A program made the translations under genes and the position numbers. From assembly GCA_903827975.1 (NCBI GenBank), contig CAIKKG010000014.1, positions 1 through 50,832 on the forward strand: a stretch of DNA of 50,832 bases. Reading direction: 5' to 3'. The DNA comes from an uncultured bacterium (GTDB lineage Bacteria; Patescibacteriota; Minisyncoccia; UBA6257; GWB1-50-10). Below are positions 44,275 to 50,832 of this stretch, one piece after another (position 1 is the first letter of the stretch; the number at the start of each line of letters is the position of its first letter). The notes beneath the pieces were generated by a model. The model was given only the letters and a program-made list of their open reading frames with translations, was not told the origin of the DNA and made no database searches.

Positions 44275-44284
44275 CCCCCCCCCC
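44275..44284. repeat. homopolymeric C10 (G10 on the coding strand of the neighbouring genes)
   Basis: aaatacccccccccccactggg. Lies 75-84 nt upstream of the surface-protein ATG (44200) and 46 nt after the upstream gene's stop. Confidence 0.9.
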
Positions 44285-44329
44285 ACTGGGAAACGCAATG
44301 AAAATTTGGGGATAAGTATTAGGAGTTTT

Positions 44330-45580
44330 CTATTCTACTACTGAATTTCCCGCGACAAAGCCAGTCGTCCAGCAGAGCTGAAGACTATATCCGCCAGATG
44401 GCCTATCAATGTCTAAAATATCGCCTACGAGATAAAGATTTGGATATAGACGTGAACGCATTGTTTTAAAATCAACCTCGCTGAGTGTTACCCCACCACT
44501 TGTGACAATCGCCTTATCAAGACCAAGGAGTTTATCAACATTCATTGGAATCGCTTTTAATAAATGAATGAGCTTTATGCGCGACTCACGTGTTACGCTG
44601 TGGCACTTTGTTTCTGGATTTATTCCAGAGAGTTCAATAATAATCGGTGCGATTGATGAGGGAATAAGATTTACGAGTGCATTTCCAAAATTTTTCTTAT
44701 CGTGCTCCTTAAACAATTCTTGAAGTTTTGTATTTAGCATTCCGTAGTCCTCCTTTGGTAATACATCAAGCGATAGAATCACGCTCCCATATTTTAAGAG
44801 CTCGCCCACATCCTTACTCATATTTAATATTGTTGGACCACTTAATCCAACATGTGTGAAAAGAATCTTTCCTTTTGAAACGCCCTGCTTCTCATTATTT
44901 TGAAAAATTGTGATTTTAACATTCTCCAAGCTAACACCTGAAAGTTGTCTGACCCATTTATCTTTTATTGCGATAGGTACAAGTGATGCCTCTGGCTTTA
45001 TGATTGTGTGGCCAATGTCTCTTAACCACGAATATCCGTCTCCAGTTGAGCCAGTTTCTGGGCGTGAGGTTCCTCCTGTTGCTATGATTACAGAATTTCC
45101 TCGGATTATTTTCTTATTTTTTAATTTAACTCCGATTATTTTTTTATCCTCGCGAGCTATCTCAACAACTCCCGAATTTGAAAGAATGGTCACATTGTGT
45201 GCCTTCATATATTCCGAAAGGACGTGTAGCACGGATTTTGAGGAGTCTGATGTTGGAAATACGCGCAGACCAGCCTCTACTTTCGTAGGCATTCCTTTTG
45301 TATGAAAAAATTCTAGTGTCTCCCCTACGCTCCACTGAGAAAATGCGGAAAATAAAAATTGTTCTGCCACCTTGAATTTTGCTAGAAGCTTTCTTGTATC
45401 AGTCTCCGCATTTGTGAGATTGCACCTGCCTCCACCCGTTATTAGAAGCTTCTTCCCGAGGGACTCATTTTTCTCAACTAAAAGCACGCGCGCGCCTTTC
45501 TCTGCGGCTCTTCCGGCTGACATCATTCCAGCAGGACCACCACCAACCACAATTACGTCCCAGACTGAGTTATCTTCCAT
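44330..45580 (-). CDS. HI0933/BaiN-like FAD-dependent oxidoreductase
   Basis: DVIVVGGGPAGMMSAGRAAEKGARVLLVEKN dinucleotide fold, followed by GKKLLITGGGRCNLTN. Confidence 0.85.
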   Translation of the reverse strand: MEDNSVWDVIVVGGGPAGMMSAGRAAEKGARVLLVEKNESLGKKLLITGGGRCNLTNAETDTRKLLAKFKVAEQFLFSAFSQWSVGETLEFFHTKGMPTKVEAGLRVFPTSDSSKSVLHVLSEYMKAHNVTILSNSGVVEIAREDKKIIGVKLKNKKIIRGNSVIIATGGTSRPETGSTGDGYSWLRDIGHTIIKPEASLVPIAIKDKWVRQLSGVSLENVKITIFQNNEKQGVSKGKILFTHVGLSGPTILNMSKDVGELLKYGSVILSLDVLPKEDYGMLNTKLQELFKEHDKKNFGNALVNLIPSSIAPIIIELSGINPETKCHSVTRESRIKLIHLLKAIPMNVDKLLGLDKAIVTSGGVTLSEVDFKTMRSRLYPNLYLVGDILDIDRPSGGYSLQLCWTTGFVAGNSVVE

Positions 45581-45615
45581 TTAGGCCATACTAACAGAAA
45601 AACTGAATAGTATAA

Positions 45616-45646
45616 ACAAAAAACGCCACCCCGCAAGGGTGGCGTA
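45616..45646 (-). terminator. intrinsic terminator
   Basis: Stem acgccaccc / loop cgcaa / stem gggtggcgt, with a T-run on the minus strand. Confidence 0.65.
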
Positions 45647-45650
45647 ATTA

Positions 45651-47066
45651 TTAACTTAATAGATAATTCATCGCATCTTGTGCGAAATAATCCCCCTCAT
45701 CGTCCTTCATTATGAGTTTCAGGAAGCTCAGATCATCACCCATTGTAATTATTGGTGCCTCACTAGGATTCCCGAGATCAACTGCGGACATGAGTCCATT
45801 GCAGAGACAGCCACGACCTTCACAATCCGCAACGTTACCACCTTTCACAAAGAAGTTCGTTAAGGGTTCACTCGCACATCTGTATCCTATCGTTCCATCG
45901 GCCTTTTCGTAAAGTGAGACCAACTCACCCTGATTACAAATGCGAGCTCGTTCATTGTAGACACCTGAATCAGCAATTGTTTCACCAAGCTCAACAACCT
46001 TAAAAGGAAATCCAGTTGGTGAGATTCGCATGTCTGTTCGAATTGTTAGTTCGTTATTAAATCCAAGCTTACGGATTTTTTTGCGAAGTTCAGGATTCAT
46101 TCCAGATTCCTCACAGAGTGCGAAGATTGAACCGGCTTGAATACCACTTGCGCCGACTGAGAGTGCCCATTTTAATTTTTCTGGTGATGCATGCGAGCCA
46201 CCAATCCAGAATGGAATCCCAAGTTTGGCAAGTAAGGGATAATCAACAAAATCTTTTTCACCATACACTGGAAGCGGTTCACCCTGTGCACCCAACAAGA
46301 GCTTTCTCGGTGGCGCATTGTGTCCGCCAGCAGTTGGTTCCTCAACTACGAATCCATCAATACTTCCTGCTGGCAGTTTCTTCATGAACATATTTGCGAG
46401 CAGATTTGATGCGATGATTGGAACGAATCCAGGCTTCTTCATTTTGGGAAGTCGGTCTCCAAAAAACTTCTCGGCATCAAACTTCATTGTGTGACTTTTA
46501 ATATCATCCCCAATTACTGGAACTCTGTAGCTTGCTTCTCTTCCATTATAAATATCATCAATCAATTTCGGAATCTGAAGCGGAATGCCAGCACCCATTG
46601 TTATGTAATCAACTCCAGCAAGCATTGCACCAGTAATTGCATACACATGATGCATGGCAATTTTTTCCAGATAATTAATGCTTATTGGATTTGGATTATT
46701 TTCCTTTGCTAGCCAGACGAATGCAAAATTTGAGCAAACCGTAAGAGCAATCAGTAAGCTAGTCGGGTTTACTGTGAACATTGGAACTGACTTAAAAGAC
46801 TTTCCTTTCGGAATACCACCCTCAACAAAATAGATTTTAATGAGAGGTTCTGAAATATGCGGGAATGGAAAATGCGAAAGTGCACGACGCATGTGTCCGC
46901 CAGGATCACCTAACTGCAAAACTCTTGGAAGTAGTCTTTGCAAGACCACTCCAGAGATTGTTCCTCTTCCTCCTAAAAGTGATACTGAACGTGCAAGGTG
47001 CCATCCTGACACATTTACGCCCATTCCACCCTGAATGACCTTCGGTAATGCCGTGTATGATTCCAT
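45651..47066 (-). CDS. nitronate monooxygenase (NMO/2-nitropropane dioxygenase)-family FMN TIM-barrel oxidoreductase, long form
   Basis: VIQGGMGVNVSGWHLARSVSLLGGRGTISG N-terminus and GASGIQAGSIFA are typical of NMO/FabK/PfaD-like proteins. Confidence 0.75.
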   Translation of the reverse strand: MESYTALPKVIQGGMGVNVSGWHLARSVSLLGGRGTISGVVLQRLLPRVLQLGDPGGHMRRALSHFPFPHISEPLIKIYFVEGGIPKGKSFKSVPMFTVNPTSLLIALTVCSNFAFVWLAKENNPNPISINYLEKIAMHHVYAITGAMLAGVDYITMGAGIPLQIPKLIDDIYNGREASYRVPVIGDDIKSHTMKFDAEKFFGDRLPKMKKPGFVPIIASNLLANMFMKKLPAGSIDGFVVEEPTAGGHNAPPRKLLLGAQGEPLPVYGEKDFVDYPLLAKLGIPFWIGGSHASPEKLKWALSVGASGIQAGSIFALCEESGMNPELRKKIRKLGFNNELTIRTDMRISPTGFPFKVVELGETIADSGVYNERARICNQGELVSLYEKADGTIGYRCASEPLTNFFVKGGNVADCEGRGCLCNGLMSAVDLGNPSEAPIITMGDDLSFLKLIMKDDEGDYFAQDAMNYLLS

Positions 47067-47262
47067 GATTTTCTCCTTTTTGAATCATCTATTTATGAAA
47101 TTGTGTAGTGCTATTAATAGGTATACCACTCGTAGATGAGCGTATCAAGTAAGAATAAACACGATGCACCAAATAATGAACCTTAGTTGTATTATTTATA
47201 TAGCAATCTGTTGGGTCTTAAAAAAACTCTATTTTTGTGCTAGACTAGTTTACATTACAATT

Positions 47263-48096
47263 ATGCAATTAAAACAAATTCAAAAACTAATTCTGTCAAC
47301 TTTTATCGTCACGTCATTCAGTGGTTATGTATATTGGTTGCGTTCCAGCGCCATGGTTGTTACAAATGTGGCACCTGTAACAGATGAGAACACAAAGGTA
47401 ATAGATAAGGTAGTTCCGGTTGTTCCAGTAGTTCCAGTTGTTCTACCAGTGATAGAGCCAGTAAAAGAGCCAGTAAAAGTAGTTATTCCAGTCGTTGTTC
47501 CTGAGACGCCAGTTACTCCAACTGAGACAACAACAACCTGCATAACAACATACACGCTTATTGATGTCCCTGTAATTAATTCAAATCGCGAGGATGATGA
47601 TGAGGATAATCGCTCATCGGTTCCTGCCACGGTTCAGAGGCAAGTTCCTGTAGTTACTTGTACTACTTCTAATGTTGCGTCAGCTGGACCAAAACCCCCA
47701 GTAAGTGTTCCAGTTACACCTGCACCAACTCCGACACCAACTCCGACACCAACTCCGACACCAACTCCGACACCTACACCTGTACCTACACCAACTCCGA
47801 CACCTGTACCGACCGGAATGTATAAGAATGGAACATATGCTAATACAATAACGTATTCGCGTGGCGTGTTTAATGTTTCTCTAATAGTGAGTGGTGGAAA
47901 AATTACCAATGTTCAGTTTACTGATACCTCAGGAAGTGGAACATCACAGCAGATTAATGCGGGAGCATTTCCTATATTGAAGACTGAGACAATCTCATCA
48001 CAGAGTGCGAGCGTGAATACTGTTTCTGGCGCGACACTTACAAGCAATGCATACCGTGCGTGGCTTACAACAACACTTGCAAGCGCAAAAGTGTAA
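47263..48096 (+). CDS. exported FMN-binding-domain protein with Val/Pro/Thr-rich linker (predicted ApbE substrate)
   Basis: TM anchor, VPVV and PTPT low-complexity linker, and a C-terminal FMN_bind-like domain with flavinylation motif NTVSGATLTS (SGAT at 48025..48036). ATG at 47263 is preferred. Confidence 0.8.
   Translation: MQLKQIQKLILSTFIVTSFSGYVYWLRSSAMVVTNVAPVTDENTKVIDKVVPVVPVVPVVLPVIEPVKEPVKVVIPVVVPETPVTPTETTTTCITTYTLIDVPVINSNREDDDEDNRSSVPATVQRQVPVVTCTTSNVASAGPKPPVSVPVTPAPTPTPTPTPTPTPTPTPTPVPTPTPTPVPTGMYKNGTYANTITYSRGVFNVSLIVSGGKITNVQFTDTSGSGTSQQINAGAFPILKTETISSQSASVNTVSGATLTSNAYRAWLTTTLASAKV
47725..47772 (+). repeat. 4 x 12-bp perfect tandem repeat (ccaactccgaca) encoding (PTPT)n, with degenerate units to about 47812
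   Basis: Counted by hand inside the linker of the FMN-binding protein gene. Confidence 0.85.
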
Positions 48097-48839
48097 TGAA
48101 GCGAACCGAGATTATTATGGGAATGCCAGTAACCGTTGAGATTACTGATCGTTTTGTAACTGACGCGGATCTTGAATATATATTTTCTTACTTCAAGAAA
48201 ATTGATGAGCAATTTAGTCCGTATAAAGAGACAAGTGAAGTTACCAGATTAAATAGAAAGGAAGTAAATGAAAGTAGCTGCAGTGAGGAGATGAAAGAAA
48301 TTCTAAAGCTTGCAGAAAAAACAAAGCAGGAGACGAGAGGATATTTTGATGTCTGGAATAATAATGTTTTTAATCCATCGGGAATTGTTAAGGGTTGGGC
48401 AATATATGAGGCTTCTAAAATATTAGATGATAAGGGATTCAAGAATTTTTATGTAGATGCGGGTGGCGACATAGAGGTTCGAGGAAAAAATGAAGATGGT
48501 GATTTGTGGCGAATAGGAATACGAAACCCGTTTGATATGCATGCTATTATTAAGACATTAGCCGTAACCGACTGTGGAGTCGCAACATCAGGAACATATG
48601 TACGCGGGCAGCACATTTACGACCCACATGAGCCCGAGAAGGAGCTTAAGGATATGGTGAGTGTCACAGTTATAGGGCCAAATGTGTTGGAAGCGGATAG
48701 ATTTGCAACAGCAGCATTTGCGATGGAGGAAAAAGGAATTGTATTTATTTCAGCAATACCACACTTAGCTGGATACTCAGTTGATTCCAAGGGAACCGCA
48801 ACAATGACAAATAATTTTGATTCGTTTGTTTTAAAATAA
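48096..48839 (+). CDS. apbE: FAD:protein FMN transferase (ApbE family)
   Basis: IIMGMPVTVEI N-terminus, GWAIYEA, YVDAGGDI, GVATSGTY and ADRFATAAFAM motifs. ATG overlaps the upstream stop (TAATG). Confidence 0.85.
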   Translation: MKRTEIIMGMPVTVEITDRFVTDADLEYIFSYFKKIDEQFSPYKETSEVTRLNRKEVNESSCSEEMKEILKLAEKTKQETRGYFDVWNNNVFNPSGIVKGWAIYEASKILDDKGFKNFYVDAGGDIEVRGKNEDGDLWRIGIRNPFDMHAIIKTLAVTDCGVATSGTYVRGQHIYDPHEPEKELKDMVSVTVIGPNVLEADRFATAAFAMEEKGIVFISAIPHLAGYSVDSKGTATMTNNFDSFVLK

Positions 48840-48850
48840 AATAAACCTAT

Positions 48851-50374
48851 ATGCAAGTAATTGATTCATTTCTCAATAAAATAACAATGTACCGGTTGGT
48901 GCTTTACTATCTTGCAGTTCTTCTTGGTATAGCATTTATATTAAGTTTTTTTGGCTTACTCCCATTTACTCCCGTTGAGTTACTTGTGTCAGTTGTTACT
49001 ATAGTCCTCATATCGTGGGGCGCTAATACATTATTCGGTTTTGTTTTCAATGCTCCTACGAATGTTGAATCAACTTTTATTACAGCTCTCATTCTTGCGC
49101 TTATAATAACTCCGCAGACATTCGCACATTATAGTTTGTTTCTGCCTTTTCTAGTCTGGGTCTCAATAATTGCAATGGCGTCAAAATTCATTTTTGCTAT
49201 TGGCAATAAGCACGTATTTAATCCTGCGGCTGTAGCAGTTGTAATTACGGCATTTGCAATAAATCAGTTTGCGAGCTGGTGGATTGGCTCTGCTTCAATG
49301 CTTCCTTTTGTTCTTATTGGTGGATTTCTTATTGTGAGAAAAATACGAAGGTTCGATATGGCATTCTCATTTTTCATTGTTGCTCTTCTTACCATTACCA
49401 TTTCTGGCCTAATGAGCAATCAGAGTATTGGTTCAATTATGGATCAGGCACTTCTTGGTTCTCCACTATTCTTTTTTGCATTCATAATGATTACTGAGCC
49501 ACTTACCACGCCTCCAACGCGTTGGTTAAGAGCTTCTTACGGCGCTCTCGTTGGATTTCTTTTTGCTCCCGCAATTCATTTGGGTTCAATCTACTCGACC
49601 CCCGAACTTGCACTACTTGTCGGTAATTTATATTCATACGCAATTAGCCCAAAGCAAAAATTAATATTGCTTTTGGATAGAAAGGAAAAGGTTACTCCAA
49701 CTATTTATGATTTTGTATTTAAGGCAGATAAGCCATTTAATTTTGAACCAGGACAATATCTAGAGTGGACACTTGGACACTTCCGCCCAGATTCCAGAGG
49801 AAATCGCAGGTATTTTACAATTGCCTCATCACCTACTGAAAATGAAATTCATCTTGGTGTGAAATTTTACGAACCCGCAAGTAGTTTCAAAAAGGCACTA
49901 GCATTTATGAGTAATGGAAATGAATTGGTCGCATCGCAACTTGCCGGTGACTTTGTAATGCCACGTGACCCATCTAAAAAGCTCGTATTCATTGCTGGTG
50001 GAATTGGTGTTACTCCATTTCGTAGTATGGTTAAGTATCTCTCGGATAAAGGTGAGAAGCGTGACATTGTTCTACTATATTCAAATAGAACTGCTGATGA
50101 GATTGCATTTAAGGAAATATTTGATGAGGCTGGTCAGAAGTTTGGAATGAAAACTGTGTATGCTGTTACAAATGCTGATGAGAATCTTCCTGCTTGGTGC
50201 TGTGGAGGAATGATTAATGCAAAGATGATTATGGAAAGCGTTCCTGACTATAAAGAAAGAATGTTCTATATCTCTGGACCAAAGGTAATGATTGATGCGT
50301 TTACTATAACACTTCAAGGTTTGGGTGTTGCACGAAATAAAATAAAGACTGATTTTTTCCCGGGATTCGTATAA
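48851..50374 (+). CDS. fusion protein: RnfD/NqrB-like polytopic membrane domain plus FNR-type FAD/NAD(P)H-binding reductase domain
   Basis: N-terminal half has KFIFAIGNKHVFNPAAVAVV and FAFIMITEPLTTPP, resembling the RnfD/NqrB GxNxFNPA and FFMxTDPxTxP motifs. C-terminal half has RRYFTIAS (RxYS/T FAD motif) and FIAGGIGVTPFRSM (NAD(P)H motif). Confidence 0.8.
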   Translation: MQVIDSFLNKITMYRLVLYYLAVLLGIAFILSFFGLLPFTPVELLVSVVTIVLISWGANTLFGFVFNAPTNVESTFITALILALIITPQTFAHYSLFLPFLVWVSIIAMASKFIFAIGNKHVFNPAAVAVVITAFAINQFASWWIGSASMLPFVLIGGFLIVRKIRRFDMAFSFFIVALLTITISGLMSNQSIGSIMDQALLGSPLFFFAFIMITEPLTTPPTRWLRASYGALVGFLFAPAIHLGSIYSTPELALLVGNLYSYAISPKQKLILLLDRKEKVTPTIYDFVFKADKPFNFEPGQYLEWTLGHFRPDSRGNRRYFTIASSPTENEIHLGVKFYEPASSFKKALAFMSNGNELVASQLAGDFVMPRDPSKKLVFIAGGIGVTPFRSMVKYLSDKGEKRDIVLLYSNRTADEIAFKEIFDEAGQKFGMKTVYAVTNADENLPAWCCGGMINAKMIMESVPDYKERMFYISGPKVMIDAFTITLQGLGVARNKIKTDFFPGFV

Positions 50375-50378
50375 TCTT

Positions 50379-50408
50379 AAAACCCCCGCTTGTTGCGGGG
50401 GTTTTATT
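50379..50408. terminator. bidirectional intrinsic terminator
   Basis: Stem aacccccgc / loop ttgtt / stem gcgggggtt, followed by a T-run. Confidence 0.7.
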
Positions 50409-50416
50409 CATTTAGC

Positions 50417-50827
50417 TTACTGAGCCTGTATAGGGCGTGGCATGAATGCTCTTAGTTGAATTGTTTGTGCTGTTACACTTCCGTCGGAATTTGCTGTTCC
50501 ATTTGCTGTAACATCTTTTCCAATTTCAAGATCAGTTGCAGTTCCATCGGTTGATTTAGTTATTTTTGTTGTTCCTGAGAAGAATATAAATTTAGAACTT
50601 CCATCCTGTGCCTTCACAGTAATGCTTTTATCATCCTTACTCACAATTGAACCTGAAATAAATCCAGCATTCTGCATTCCACCTCTGCGTGTTGAACTGC
50701 TATTCATTCCACCAGTTCGCTGGTATCCATTCTGACTTACGGCCTGACCTTTTGGAGCTCCAAATGTGGAACCTGCCCAGAAACTTACAAGTGCTACAAC
50801 AACCACAATAACGCCCCAAACAACCAT
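50417..50827 (-). CDS. secreted hypothetical protein (DUF5666-like beta-rich C-terminus)
   Basis: TM/signal segment VVWGVIVVVVALVSFWAG, then a G/S/T-rich region. The start lies 5 nt from the window edge, so the N-terminus may be incomplete. Confidence 0.5.
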   Translation of the reverse strand: MVVWGVIVVVVALVSFWAGSTFGAPKGQAVSQNGYQRTGGMNSSSTRRGGMQNAGFISGSIVSKDDKSITVKAQDGSSKFIFFSGTTKITKSTDGTATDLEIGKDVTANGTANSDGSVTAQTIQLRAFMPRPIQAQ

Positions 50828-50832
50828 ATTAT

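Noticed and set aside
44275-44284. C-tract as part of an intrinsic terminator for the upstream oxidoreductase gene
   Set aside because: No stable complementary G/C stem partner lies within a reasonable loop distance. Only a 3-4 bp pairing is possible.
1-50832. Alternative genetic code (UGA recoding, as in some CPR lineages)
   Set aside because: Well-supported genes end in TGA (the GIY-YIG ORF at 32949) and conserved proteins are full length under code 11. There is no sign of in-frame TGA in conserved genes.

Overview
The window is about 40% G+C by spot counts, uses the standard genetic code (TGA is a stop), and is densely packed with short or overlapping gene junctions. Gene content suggests a small-genome, Patescibacteria/CPR-like bacterium; this placement is inference only. 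The core is housekeeping: def-fmt, rplI, rpmA, secA, dnaX, msrAB, and a long minus-strand array running ychF-scpA-scpB-dac-mraY-(amidohydrolase)-ftsW-murG-gltX-M23 peptidase. Two tRNAs are present, Leu-GAG and Gln-UUG. No rRNA, cas genes, integrase or transposase were seen.

The most unusual locus is at 32.4-33.5 kb. An intact tRNA-Gln abuts a small GIY-YIG nuclease gene whose TGA stop forms tRNA nucleotides 1-3. Two further copies of the tRNA 5' segment lie upstream, each split at the same D-arm position by a 29-31 nt GC-rich palindrome. The locus also carries a 40-nt hairpin repeat (third copy, inverted, at the window start) and an 18-bp direct repeat bracketing 983 bp.

Other notable items:
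- A metazoan-type two-domain arginine kinase in a GC-richer patch.
- An FMN-binding protein / ApbE / RnfD-like-FNR fusion operon.
- A C10 tract upstream of a 1204-aa PG-binding/IPT-repeat surface protein that carries a 345-bp internal duplication.
- A duplicated tRNA-Leu 3' end.
- A long hairpin plus a coupled uORF in front of secA.
- A candidate small RNA.
- A Cys-rich micro-ORF.

All functional calls rest on motif recognition by eye, with no database search. Hand-derived coordinates may be off by 1-2 nt.
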